NCBI GenBank assembly: GCA_003223635.1
Contig: QHVS01000046.1
Coordinates: 1-42,896, forward strand
Length of the DNA: 42,896 nt
From: Acidobacteriota bacterium
GTDB taxonomy: Bacteria; Acidobacteriota; Thermoanaerobaculia; Gp7-AA8
Reading direction: 5' to 3'
The notes beneath the pieces were generated by a model. The model searched no databases and was not told the DNA's origin. It was given only the letters and a program-made list of their open reading frames with translations. Positions within the stretch are counted from its first letter, which is position 1. Each line of letters begins with the position of its first letter. Below, in pieces: positions 8,503-18,370 of this stretch. The position numbers and the translations under genes are program-made.

Positions 8503-10859
8503 TGCGGGAATTCTACCCTCCGCCAGAAAACAACGTCGCCCTCCTGGAAGTCCGGCGTGAAATGTCGCTGAAGGTATTGCCATACCAGCGGAGCGCGCAC
8601 GGCGTTGGGGACGCCATCGACATCGGGCGAATCGGCAGAGGGAGGGACGAGCGCCGCGCGGATGTTCGGGTTTTGCTCGATTCGGGCGATGACCTCGCGC
8701 TGGCGATTTTCCGACTCGTAGAATGCGACCTCGATCTGGCGAATCGGACAGTCGCGGTCGAACAGAAAATAGAGCAGGCCGCGATTCGTGAAATCGAAGA
8801 ACGTCGCACCGGGCGGCACGTGCAAGGGCACGTAGCGATTCACGCTGGCGATCATGGCGGCGTCGCGCGCCGGGAACAGAGCACCGCGCGCGCGAACGAT
8901 GTCGACGATCTCATGAACGGTCGGATCAATCGGCCCCCGCGAGTGGCGCAGCATCGTTGTGATCGACAGATGAACGGTGGGACGGGCCAGGATCAGTACC
9001 AGCAGCGCGACGGCCCAGCCGCCCAGGCGCACGGCGGGCAGGCGTGCGTGCAGCATCGTCACCACGGTTGCGATCAGCAGCGCCGGAACGACCGTCTTGA
9101 AATAGAGATGATGCCGTTCCGCGTAGGCGATGCCGCAGACGACAACGAACGCGGCGAGGACGACGAGCGTATCCAGACGCGCACGACGGCGCTCGCTGAT
9201 CCGCATTCGCATCGTGAGCGCGACGACCAGGAAAATCAGCGCCGCCACCCAGATGAGATAGAGATACGACGTCTGCTCCACGAAATACGCGAGCAGCTCG
9301 GGTACGACGCGCGAGGCTTCCAGCCCCGCGGGAGGATCGAAGAGGGACAGCGCGTACGCCGGCCCCAGCGTGGCCACCTCAGTGAAGGTCACGCGAACAA
9401 AATCGGACAGGATGCCCGCGACGGCGAATCCAATCGCGAAGATCACGGCCACGATCGCGCCGCCGATGGCCGCATCGCGCAGCGCTCGCCATCGCCGGCC
9501 GGGAAACCTGGTGACGGCGAAGAGCAGCGTCAGACCGGCGTACAAGCCGAAGTCGAGGCTGGTCATGAACGCAAAGACGGCGCACGCTCCGGCCCAGGCC
9601 AGAAGACGCGGCTGACGCCTTCGTACGGCCTGAAGAGCGATGGCCAGCGTGATCAGCGCCGGCAGAAAACGAAACGTGCCTCCGCCTCCGCCCGTGGTAA
9701 CCGCCAGAAAGAAGGAGACCAGTCCCGCTTCGGGCGACCCGGTGGCGGCGACGCCGACCGCGTACGTGGCCATGGAGTTGAGTGCGCTGATCGTGCCGCG
9801 AGACTTCAGAAGCCGGCCGAGCGTGTCGTCGCCGCGCCGCATCAGCAGGTAGTCGAGCAGCGCGTCCTGGACGAAGCCGTGTGGCGGGATGATGTCGCGG
9901 TAGGCGTGCTCGCCTCGCATCATCTCGTGGGCGGGCACAATGTGCTGCGCATCCTCGAAGATCGCCGCCCGCGGTTCTCCCTCTGCGGAGAACAGGCTCC
10001 CCGCGCTGAGATAGGCGTAGCAGAAGATCGGGTAGATCACCCAGGCCAGCGCGACGCGCAGGAAGCGTTCGGCGCGGCGAGGGGCCAGAACCCTCATGGC
10101 GATCGGCATCAGCAGCGCGATCAGCAGCGGCGGCCAACCGAAATGCCGCTGATCGCGCGCGAAGAAGTGCGTCTGCAGAATCACGGCGAGCGGCGAGAGG
10201 GCAAAGCAGAATCCTGGATCGAGTCCCCTCACCCGGCGCTCCGCGCCACCCTCTCCCCGCGCGGCGGGGAGAGGGGCCTCGCGCGAGTGCCCTCTCCCCG
10301 CTTGCGGGGAGAGGGTCAGGGTGAGGGGCGGCGCAATTTCGACTCTGACCGCCATCACCAGGAAGACCGCGATCATGAAAATCTGATCGAACGGCATCGA
10401 CGCAATGTCGAGTAAGGCGAGAAACACCGTCGCGATCGTCGGCAGCAGGATGAGATCGCGGCGAGTGAAGTCGGCATGGATGCGCCGGGCGGCGAACGCG
10501 GCGAGCACGGCGACCGCCGGCGCCAGCGCCGTCCAGTAAACGTTCTTCGTCTGCAGCGCCGTCCAGAGCGCGCTGAGGAGCGCGATCGCCGCGGCGTTTC
10601 GGGCCCAACGCTGTGTCTCGTTGGAGGCCAGACGATCGAGGAGTGGCCCCCACGTCAGCGAGGCGATGAACGGAATGACGATCAGGCTGGCCACGAAGAA
10701 GAGCGATGCGGAGGCGTCGTAGCCGAGCGAGGTCATGAAGCCGGGCGGCTGGCCGGAGGGGGCCGGTCGCACCCAGAGCGGCGTCATGGAGATGGCCACG
10801 CCGAGGCCGTAGATCGCTGCGCAGACGCGGAGTGCTGTGGCTCGCTGCGCCGCCGTCAT
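8499..10859 (-). CDS. Large polytopic inner-membrane protein with a soluble C-terminal domain; function unknown
   Basis: Continuous ORF with more than 12 hydrophobic helices and a C-terminal ~170-aa non-membrane domain. ATG 10859 overlaps the upstream TGA (ATGA). Contains the palindromic element at 10225-10328 in frame. Confidence 0.7.
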   Translation of the reverse strand: MTAAQRATALRVCAAIYGLGVAISMTPLWVRPAPSGQPPGFMTSLGYDASASLFFVASLIVIPFIASLTWGPLLDRLASNETQRWARNAAAIALLSALWTALQTKNVYWTALAPAVAVLAAFAARRIHADFTRRDLILLPTIATVFLALLDIASMPFDQIFMIAVFLVMAVRVEIAPPLTLTLSPQAGRGHSREAPLPAARGEGGAERRVRGLDPGFCFALSPLAVILQTHFFARDQRHFGWPPLLIALLMPIAMRVLAPRRAERFLRVALAWVIYPIFCYAYLSAGSLFSAEGEPRAAIFEDAQHIVPAHEMMRGEHAYRDIIPPHGFVQDALLDYLLMRRGDDTLGRLLKSRGTISALNSMATYAVGVAATGSPEAGLVSFFLAVTTGGGGGTFRFLPALITLAIALQAVRRRQPRLLAWAGACAVFAFMTSLDFGLYAGLTLLFAVTRFPGRRWRALRDAAIGGAIVAVIFAIGFAVAGILSDFVRVTFTEVATLGPAYALSLFDPPAGLEASRVVPELLAYFVEQTSYLYLIWVAALIFLVVALTMRMRISERRRARLDTLVVLAAFVVVCGIAYAERHHLYFKTVVPALLIATVVTMLHARLPAVRLGGWAVALLVLILARPTVHLSITTMLRHSRGPIDPTVHEIVDIVRARGALFPARDAAMIASVNRYVPLHVPPGATFFDFTNRGLLYFLFDRDCPIRQIEVAFYESENRQREVIARIEQNPNIRAALVPPSADSPDVDGVPNAVRAPLVWQYLQRHFTPDFQEGDVVFWRRVEFPQ
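10225..10328. repeat. REP/MITE-like nested palindromic element inside a coding region
   Basis: Outer 10-bp inverted repeat CCCCTCACCC (10225-10234) / GGGTGAGGGG (10319-10328). It encloses two copies of a 12-bp-stem palindrome CCCTCTCCCCGC...GCGGGGAGAGGG: 10249-10260 pairs with 10264-10275, and 10290-10301 pairs with 10304-10315. Confidence 0.8.
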
Positions 10860-11893
10860 CTCCCTGCCTGTTGGGCGACCCAGCGCACCATCAGCTCTTC
10901 GGCCCAATACTCGGCGCGCCACGGCGTGGCGCCGGCGATGAAGCCGGTGTGGCCACCGCGCGGCGTCACGCGGAATTCGACGGAGGGCGAAGCGGCCGCC
11001 CGCGCGCGGATCAGCACGTCGGCCGGCAGGAAGGGATCATCTTCGGCATTGATGCAGAGCGTGGGGATGGAGATGAAGCGAAGAAACGGCAGCGAACTGC
11101 TGCGGGTGTAGTAGTCCTCCGCGTCGCGGAAGCCATGGATCGGCGCGGTCGAAGCGTTGTCGAACTCGTAGAACGTCCGGGCCCGCATGGCCCCGGGCAC
11201 GTCGACTTTCGGTCGCGTTTCGGGGAATCGCTCCACCACGCTGAGCGTCTTGGCCCGCATGGTCTGGAAGAAGTGGGCGACGTAGAGGCGGCCCGCTCCG
11301 CGCTCCAGTTGCCTCGCTCCCGCGTCCAGATCGTACGGAACGGACATCGTCGCCGCGGCGATGACGGATCGCTGCTGCGGATGCTCGCCCAGCCATTTGA
11401 GCAGCGCGTTGCCGCCGAGAGAGACCCCGGCAGCCACCAGCGGCGTGTGCGGATCGCGTTCGGTGAGCGTGCGGATCAGAAAATCGAGATCGCCCGTCTC
11501 GCCGGAGTGATAGAGCCACGGCCGGCGATTCATCAGCATCTGCGACATCCGATTCGGATCACGGGCACAGGAGCGGAAATTCATCGCCGTTGCTGCGAAG
11601 CCGTATCGGGCGATGACGCTCAGCATGCCCTGAATGTAGACGGAGTAGGAGCTTCCTTCCAGGCCGTGCAGCAGAACGAAGCGCGCCGAGCGATTGGTCA
11701 CGCCCTGATCGAGGTGATCGACGACCAGATCGTCGTCGTCCGGCGTTCGCAGCACCTCACGGCGAAGGGCGACAGCGCGTCGCGGACGGGCCAGGCGCCC
11801 CCACACGGTCTGAGAGTGCGGGCCGGGGAGCCACCACGACGGGGAAAAGTTGTCGGTAGTCGGTTGTCTGTTGTCCGGGACGCTACTGCTCAT
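10856..11893 (-). CDS. Alpha/beta-fold hydrolase, YheT/ABHD1-3-like
   Basis: [11 protein letters not shown] (oxyanion region), nucleophile elbow [14 protein letters not shown] (Asp) and GGHTGF (His). ATG 11893 (MSSSVPDN...) overlaps the fabF stop by 11 nt. The ORF-track start 12022 lies inside fabF. Confidence 0.8.
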   Translation of the reverse strand: MSSSVPDNRQPTTDNFSPSWWLPGPHSQTVWGRLARPRRAVALRREVLRTPDDDDLVVDHLDQGVTNRSARFVLLHGLEGSSYSVYIQGMLSVIARYGFAATAMNFRSCARDPNRMSQMLMNRRPWLYHSGETGDLDFLIRTLTERDPHTPLVAAGVSLGGNALLKWLGEHPQQRSVIAAATMSVPYDLDAGARQLERGAGRLYVAHFFQTMRAKTLSVVERFPETRPKVDVPGAMRARTFYEFDNASTAPIHGFRDAEDYYTRSSSLPFLRFISIPTLCINAEDDPFLPADVLIRARAAASPSVEFRVTPRGGHTGFIAGATPWRAEYWAEELMVRWVAQQAGR

Positions 11894-13127
11894 GCGCTGA
11901 GAATAGCAGCGTCGCGTTCGTGCCGCCGAACCCGAACGAGTTGGACAGCACGTGCCGCACCTTTTTCTGCCGCGCCTTGTTGGGGACGTAGTCGAGATCG
12001 CATTCCGGATCAGGAGTCTCATAGTTGATCGTGGGGGGCAGAATCCCCGTGGTGATCACCAGCGCGCAGATGGCGCTCTCCAGCCCTCCGGCGGCGCCCA
12101 GGAGATGTCCGGTCATCGATTTCGTGGAGCTGACGGCGACTTTGTAGGCCTGCTCGCCGAAGACGCCCTTGATGGCCATCGTCTCGGTGCGATCGCCGAC
12201 CGCGGTCGAGGTTCCATGCGCGTTGATGTAATCGATGTCCCTCGGCGCGAGAGAAGCATCCTTGAGCGCGCGCTGCATCACTCGGATCATCCCGCCGCCG
12301 TCTTCGGAGGGTGAGCTGATGTGGTACGCGTCGCTGGACATCCCGTAGCCGGTCACCTCGCAATAGATCTTCGCGCCGCGGGCCAGGGCATGGGCGCGCT
12401 CTTCCAGCAGCATGATGCCGGCTCCTTCTCCGATGACGAAGCCGTCGCGGTTCAGATCCCACGGCCGCGACGCGCGCTGCGGTTCGTCGTTTCGGGTGGA
12501 GAGCGCGCGCATGGCGGCGAAGCCTCCGACGGCCAGCGGAGTGATCACCGCCTCGCTGCCGCCGGCGAACATCACGTCCGCGTCGTCCCGCTGAATGATC
12601 TTGAACGCGTCGCCGATGGCGTGCGCCCCCGTTGCGCATGCCGTGGCCGGCGCGGAGCTGGGACCGCGGCAGCCGAACCGAATCGAGACGTGGCCGGCGG
12701 CCAGATTGACGATCAGTCCGGGGATGAAGAACGGCGAGATGCGGCTCGGCCCGCGCTCCATCAGCTTGGTATGCATCTCCTCGATCAGTGGGAGTCCGCC
12801 GATTCCGGAGCCGATGATCACGCCGAAGCGATCGCTGTCTTCTGACTTGTAGTCGAGCTTCGCGTCATCGACGGCGATCTGCGCCGCGGCGATGGCGTAG
12901 TGGATGAAGGTGTCGGACTTCTTGACCTCTTTTTTCTCGATCCACGCCTCAGGTTCGAAGCCGCGCACTTCCCCGGCGATCTGGCAGGCGTAGTTCGTGG
13001 CGTCGAACTTGGTGATGCGACCGACTCCGGAACGGCCTTCGATCAATCCCTGCCAGGTCGGCTCATTGCCGATGCCCAGCGGCGAGATCATGCCGATGCC
13101 GGTAACGACGACGCGGCGCTTGTTCAA
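11883..13127 (-). CDS. fabF: 3-oxoacyl-[ACP] synthase II
   Basis: [18 protein letters not shown], active-site region [36 protein letters not shown]. Sits directly downstream of acpP. Confidence 0.95.
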   Translation of the reverse strand: MNKRRVVVTGIGMISPLGIGNEPTWQGLIEGRSGVGRITKFDATNYACQIAGEVRGFEPEAWIEKKEVKKSDTFIHYAIAAAQIAVDDAKLDYKSEDSDRFGVIIGSGIGGLPLIEEMHTKLMERGPSRISPFFIPGLIVNLAAGHVSIRFGCRGPSSAPATACATGAHAIGDAFKIIQRDDADVMFAGGSEAVITPLAVGGFAAMRALSTRNDEPQRASRPWDLNRDGFVIGEGAGIMLLEERAHALARGAKIYCEVTGYGMSSDAYHISSPSEDGGGMIRVMQRALKDASLAPRDIDYINAHGTSTAVGDRTETMAIKGVFGEQAYKVAVSSTKSMTGHLLGAAGGLESAICALVITTGILPPTINYETPDPECDLDYVPNKARQKKVRHVLSNSFGFGGTNATLLFSAHEQ

Positions 13128-13166
13128 GAGTGGGCTCCCAATGGAGAGGGGTCAGCGCGGCGGCAC

Positions 13167-13406
13167 TTACGACGCTTTTGCGCGCTTCTCGATGTAGTCG
13201 ACCGCGTCTTTGACCTTCCTGATCTTCTCGGCCTCGTCGTCGGAGATCTCAACGCCGAACTCCTCCTCGAAGGCCATGATCAGCTCGACCTGATCGAGCG
13301 AGTCGGCGCCGAGATCCTCCACGAAGGAGGCGTCCGCAGTGACTTCGTCGGCATCCACTCCGAGTTGTTCGACGATGATTGATTTGACCCGTTCCTCTAC
13401 CGACAT
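13167..13406 (-). CDS. acpP: Acyl carrier protein
   Basis: 79 aa: [51 protein letters not shown], with the phosphopantetheine site DSLD. GGAGGA lies 8 nt upstream of ATG 13406. The ORF-track start 13475 is an upstream extension. Confidence 0.95.
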   Translation of the reverse strand: MSVEERVKSIIVEQLGVDADEVTADASFVEDLGADSLDQVELIMAFEEEFGVEISDDEAEKIRKVKDAVDYIEKRAKAS

Positions 13407-13498
13407 CGGTCTCTTCCTCCATCCTGCTTGGGGCTGCCGAAGTGCAGGTGGGTTTTTAGCACAAATGGGAGGCAACCGCGAACGGTTCGCTGATACCC
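13407..13498. promoter_or_regulatory. Divergent intergenic region; must hold the acpP-operon promoter and RBS (GGAGGA = complement of 13415-13420) and the DUF2203 promoter
   Basis: Only non-coding gap between divergently oriented acpP and the DUF2203 gene. The SD was seen directly. No -35/-10 boxes could be assigned confidently. Confidence 0.4.
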
Positions 13499-13807
13499 TT
13501 GCGCGGGTTGAAAAAGCTTTTCACGTACGAAGAGGCCGCCGCACTGCTGCCGGAAGTGCAGCGCCTCACCGGCGACGCCGTGGCCGAGGTCGAGTCCCTC
13601 GCCGAGAACAGCGACAGCGACTCCTACCAGACCATCATCGGCCGCTGGGCCGATGCCATCACCTCGATGGGCATCGAAGTGAAGGGGCTTTGGCTCATCG
13701 ATTTCGACAATGGAAGCGGCTACTACTGCTGGCGATATCCGGAAGAATCGCTGCAGTATTTTCATACGTATGACGAAGGGTTTCCGGGACGCGTGAAATT
13801 GCAGTGA
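13499..13807 (+). CDS. DUF2203-family protein
   Basis: [20 protein letters not shown]...[41 protein letters not shown] matches the DUF2203 pattern as I remember it. Start is uncertain (TTG 13499 or in-frame TTG 13508). The stop overlaps the next start (GTGA). Confidence 0.65.
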   Translation: MRGLKKLFTYEEAAALLPEVQRLTGDAVAEVESLAENSDSDSYQTIIGRWADAITSMGIEVKGLWLIDFDNGSGYYCWRYPEESLQYFHTYDEGFPGRVKLQ

Positions 13808-14595
13808 CGCTCAAAGCGATCGCCTTCGATCTCTGGGAAACTCTGATCACCAACACGCTCGAGCAGTCGCGTGAGCACAAACGGCTGCGCCTGGAGCGGA
13901 TGGAGCGCATCCTCGCCGAGCGTGGATTCGGCGCCACGGCGCTGCAGATCGAGGCAGCCTACCGGCGAGGGTGGCGTCGCTGTCAGGAGCTCTACTGGGA
14001 CTCCGATCGCGACATCTCGTGCCGGACGCAGATCGATCATTTTCTCGAGGCGCTGGAGCTCAAAATCACCGATGAGGCGGCGCTCGACGCGCTGGAGCAG
14101 GCGTACGCGCGAGCCGCGGTGGAGGTGCTGCCGGCGATGGTCGACGGCGCCCCAGAGGTGCTCGCGGAGATGAAGCGCCGCGGTCTTCGGATCGGCCTGA
14201 TCAGCAACACCGGACGCACGCCCGGCTACGCGCTGCGGGAAATCCTCGAGCAGCTCGGCCTGGCACCCTTCATCGATGCCATGGTCTTTTCGAACGAACA
14301 TGGCGAGTGCAAACCGCAACAGTCGATCTTCGAGGCGCTGCGAGGACTTCTCGGCGTCGACTTCGACCAGATGCTCTTCGTTGGCGACAACCTCTACGTC
14401 GACGTCCTCGGCGCGCAGCGTTGCGGGATGCGTGCGGTTCACTTCATCCCGCCGGTGCGCGGCACCGCCGTCGCCCCGCCGTTCGAACATGGGCACGACA
14501 TCGTTCCCGACGCGACGATCGCCGATCTGCGGGAATTGCCGGCCGTGCTCAATGCATGGACGGACTCCGCAAGCGCACAAACGCGTAGAAGCTGA
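13804..14595 (+). CDS. HAD-superfamily hydrolase (subfamily IA-like)
   Basis: Motif I AFDLWETL, motif II GLISNTG, motif III Lys in ECKPQQ, motif IV FVGDNLYVDVLGA. GTG 13804 overlaps the upstream TGA. Confidence 0.8.
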   Translation: MTLKAIAFDLWETLITNTLEQSREHKRLRLERMERILAERGFGATALQIEAAYRRGWRRCQELYWDSDRDISCRTQIDHFLEALELKITDEAALDALEQAYARAAVEVLPAMVDGAPEVLAEMKRRGLRIGLISNTGRTPGYALREILEQLGLAPFIDAMVFSNEHGECKPQQSIFEALRGLLGVDFDQMLFVGDNLYVDVLGAQRCGMRAVHFIPPVRGTAVAPPFEHGHDIVPDATIADLRELPAVLNAWTDSASAQTRRS

Positions 14596-15811
14596 GCGGC
14601 CGGTCGCCGTACGACGACTTCAGTTCTGCGGGGATCGCGTAGGCGGTCACGTTGCCGCCGACACCGCCGAGAAGGTCGCTCGTGCGGAAAAGATCCTTTG
14701 TGTAGCCGAAGGTGAGCGCCTTGACCTTGAAGACTCCCGGGAGCAGCTCGTCCTTGTCAACGATCTCCAGTCTGCCGGTCACGTAATTGGAGACGTTGAA
14801 ACGCAGATTCGATTCGAGCGTAACGCCGTCGATGCCGTGATCGTGTTTCTGGTTATGGCCCCAGATCAGACTGGACGACCAATCGCCGCTGACGTACGTC
14901 GCGGAGGCGGTGGTCCGCTGGATGTTGCCCGGCTCGGTCGCCTCCGGATCCTTCAAATGTCCGGTGGAGATCTGCGCTGTCCACTGAGGCGATGGATCCC
15001 ATGTGCCGCGGATGGACCATGAATCGATGGGCCCCTGGTCGATGTCCCAGCGATTCTCGTCGGGTTCGCGTCCATGGAATCCGCTGACACCGAGCCCGAA
15101 CTCGCCTCGCTTCGCGCCGATGGTGAGCACGCGCGAGGCGATGTGTGTCGAATCCTGCAGATGATGAGAGAGCGTGGCCTGGGGAATCTCCATCGCCGAG
15201 ATTCGATGCGGAAAAGCGACCGGCCCGAGCGCAGGATCACCGACCGGCGCGGCATAGACGTATCCGATCGTTCCGTTGCCGATATCCACCGCATATTCGG
15301 CGGCAAGCTCCATGAAGAAATCATGCGGATGCTGCCGATCGATCAGAGGCTGCCCATGCGCGGTCTCGCCGGTCTGGAACAGCTCGGGATAGCCGCGCTT
15401 CCCGAGGAAGAGCGGCTCCAGGCTCAGCATCGTGCGAAGCATCAGGTGTCCGGGCCCGAGCTTGCGCTCGGCGATGCCCATGAACCAGTTCGTGGCGAAG
15501 AGCTGGTCGCCGCCGCGGTCGCCGGTCTGCACGATCTGGCCAGCGAACAGCGAGGCGTGGTCCATCAGCATCCAGCCGCGGTAGTGGAGCATCGACATGT
15601 GCATCGGCGCGGCTGCGGGGTTGTTGCTCGTTCCCGACGCCTGCTGCATCAGAAAGTCGGCCACGGCGTCGTGCTGCATCTGCATCTCGTGCTGCATGTG
15701 CTCGTGCTGTGGCTGGGCTTGCGGTTGTGGCATTGGCATGGGCATCTGGTGCTCGTGCTGCGCGAATGCAGGCGCGCCAAGTAGCGCGATGAGAAGAAAA
15801 CACTTTTTCAC
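14549..15811 (-). CDS. Secreted, probably outer-membrane beta-barrel protein with an N-terminal His/Met-rich tract
   Basis: GTG start with GGAGGA 4 nt upstream. Signal peptide MKKCFLLIALLGAPAFA|Q, then QHEHQMPMPMPQPQAQPQHEHMQHEMQMQHD. The remainder has alternating-hydrophobic strand patterns and an aromatic-rich C-terminal region (SFYAFVRL). No family recognised. Confidence 0.6.
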   Translation of the reverse strand: MKKCFLLIALLGAPAFAQHEHQMPMPMPQPQAQPQHEHMQHEMQMQHDAVADFLMQQASGTSNNPAAAPMHMSMLHYRGWMLMDHASLFAGQIVQTGDRGGDQLFATNWFMGIAERKLGPGHLMLRTMLSLEPLFLGKRGYPELFQTGETAHGQPLIDRQHPHDFFMELAAEYAVDIGNGTIGYVYAAPVGDPALGPVAFPHRISAMEIPQATLSHHLQDSTHIASRVLTIGAKRGEFGLGVSGFHGREPDENRWDIDQGPIDSWSIRGTWDPSPQWTAQISTGHLKDPEATEPGNIQRTTASATYVSGDWSSSLIWGHNQKHDHGIDGVTLESNLRFNVSNYVTGRLEIVDKDELLPGVFKVKALTFGYTKDLFRTSDLLGGVGGNVTAYAIPAELKSSYGDRPLSFYAFVRLRSPSMH

Positions 15812-15856
15812 GGAGTCCTCCTGGGTCTGCTTGATTGGGAATGGGCAGACGGAGGA

Positions 15857-16216
15857 TCAGATGAGAAGGATCAGTAGGAGGAGATGCAGGCCGACATCGT
15901 CATCGCAGCGGAGCGCGCCGAGGGCGATGCGGCTCCGCAGAAGCGGGACGGGGCGAGGCGTCAGGGGGGCGATTGTCGTGGCGATCTTGGACACGGTCCT
16001 GGCGAAGACGACCGGCGCGCGCTTCGCAGCCACTGTTGCCGGCGTCGTCGGAATGTGCGACTCATGCGTCTTCATGATTCCGGAACAGACCGGAAGAATC
16101 CGATGAATGACGCGATGGAAGGGGAGAGCGCAGCAGCCGAAGATCAACACCGAGATGGCGACCGTCGGAATGCAGGCGAAAGCGATCCAGGCAACGACGA
16201 TGGAGAAGCGTCGCAT
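15857..16216 (-). CDS. Small hypothetical membrane protein (weak call)
   Basis: 119-aa ORF 45 nt upstream of, and co-oriented with, the His/Met-rich barrel gene. N-terminal TM helices with a CC pair (IVVAWIAFACIPTVAISVLIFGCCALPFH). No homology recognised; could be a spurious high-GC ORF. Confidence 0.3.
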   Translation of the reverse strand: MRRFSIVVAWIAFACIPTVAISVLIFGCCALPFHRVIHRILPVCSGIMKTHESHIPTTPATVAAKRAPVVFARTVSKIATTIAPLTPRPVPLLRSRIALGALRCDDDVGLHLLLLILLI

Positions 16217-16269
16217 GTCCCGCCGATTATCTCCCTGTTCCTGGTTCCTCGTTTACGTATCATGGCCAG

Positions 16270-16617
16270 GTGCAACTCGCCGCCAAGTTCGCCGTTGCTT
16301 TCGTCGCCGTCGAACATTTCGGGTTTTTGATCCTGGAGATGTTTCTCTGGACGAAGCCGATCGGGAGGCGGATCTTCGGCCTCTCTCCCGAGCTGGCTCA
16401 GGCGTCGGCGTCCCTCGCCGCGAATCAGGGGCTGTACAACGGATTTCTCTGCGCGGGGCTGATCTGGGGCCTGATGGCCGGCCGTGCGGTGGAATCGTTC
16501 TTTCTCATCTGTGTCATCGTGGCCGGAGTGTTCGGTGCGGTGACAGCGAAGCGATCCATCCTCTGGGTACAGGCGGCGCCGGCCGCGGTGGCACTCTTCC
16601 TCGTCCTGAGCGCGTAA
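16270..16617 (+). CDS. DUF1304-family membrane protein
   Basis: VAVEHFGFLILEMFLWTKPIGRRIFG...AANQGLYNGFLCAGLIWGL is characteristic of DUF1304. GTG start. Confidence 0.7.
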   Translation: MQLAAKFAVAFVAVEHFGFLILEMFLWTKPIGRRIFGLSPELAQASASLAANQGLYNGFLCAGLIWGLMAGRAVESFFLICVIVAGVFGAVTAKRSILWVQAAPAAVALFLVLSA

Positions 16618-16655
16618 AAACGAACGAACAGAACGGCAACCGTGTTCATGTGGAC

Positions 16656-17477
16656 ATGACGCAGACGACCGGCGAGCGCGACTACGTCCTCGGCACGCAC
16701 GACGAAGAGCTGTTGAGGCTCGGCTTGCAGCATCGGGTGTGGAGGCCGCGGGCACTCGACGCGTGGCGGAGGGCGGGATTCACGGTCGGGCAGACGCTGA
16801 TCGACGTCGGATGCGGGCCAGGCTACGCCGCGGTCGATCTGGCCGAGATCGTCGGCCCGAGCGGTCGAATCATCGCGCTTGACCGCTCGCAGCGTTTCCT
16901 GGCCGCGCTGCAGAGCAGCGCACGGCGCCGCGAGCTGGAGAACATCAGTGTGCATCAGCTCGATCTCGATACCGACGAGCTGCCGCCCATGCGCGCGGAT
17001 GGGGCGTGGGTTCGCTGGGTCTTTGGTTTTCTGACTCGTCCGCGCGATCTGGTGTCGCGCCTGGGCGCCGCATTGCGGCCCGGCGCCGCGCTCGTGGTTC
17101 ACGAGTATTTCGATTACGCGGCGTGGCGCTTCACTCGCCGATCGCCGCTGTTCGAAGAGTTCGTCGCCACGGTGATCCGAAGCTGGCGGGCCACCGGCGG
17201 CGAGCCGAATATCGGGCCCGCGCTTTCCGTCTGGCTGGAGGAGAGCGGTTTCCGAATCAACTCTCTCCGACCGATCGTCGACGTGATCTCGCCGTCAGAT
17301 TTCGCCTGGCAGTGGCCGAAAGCGTTTGTGGAAGTCGGCTTGCGTCGTCTGATCGAGCTGGGCGATATTCCGGAGGAGCGGGCAGCGGCGATTCGCGCCG
17401 AGTTCGCCGCGCTGGAAGCGACGCCGCATACGCGCATGATCACTCCGGCCGTGCTGGAGATCATCGCCACGCGATAA
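16656..17477 (+). CDS. Class I SAM-dependent methyltransferase
   Basis: Motif [17 protein letters not shown], post-I IIALDRS, then [14 protein letters not shown] 16656 (in-frame GTG 16650 is also possible). The ORF-track start 16107 overlaps the DUF1304 gene and is an extension. Confidence 0.8.
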   Translation: MTQTTGERDYVLGTHDEELLRLGLQHRVWRPRALDAWRRAGFTVGQTLIDVGCGPGYAAVDLAEIVGPSGRIIALDRSQRFLAALQSSARRRELENISVHQLDLDTDELPPMRADGAWVRWVFGFLTRPRDLVSRLGAALRPGAALVVHEYFDYAAWRFTRRSPLFEEFVATVIRSWRATGGEPNIGPALSVWLEESGFRINSLRPIVDVISPSDFAWQWPKAFVEVGLRRLIELGDIPEERAAAIRAEFAALEATPHTRMITPAVLEIIATR

Positions 17478-17509
17478 CACGCGGCATCAATGGTGCACGC
17501 GCGATTTGT

Positions 17510-18366
<857 letters not shown>

Positions 18367-18370
<4 letters not shown>

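Noticed and set aside
8418-10415. 665-aa plus-strand ORF antisense to the polytopic membrane protein gene
   Set aside because: The product is Arg/Asp/Glu/Gly/His/Gln-rich low complexity with no motifs. The opposite strand encodes a coherent multi-helix membrane protein chained by ATGA overlaps to its neighbours. This is a typical high-GC shadow ORF.
16107-16655. Long N-terminal extension of the methyltransferase ORF (ORF-track start 16107)
   Set aside because: It overlaps the well-supported DUF1304 gene in another frame and has Arg/Pro/Gly-rich composition. The methyltransferase fold begins after ATG 16656.
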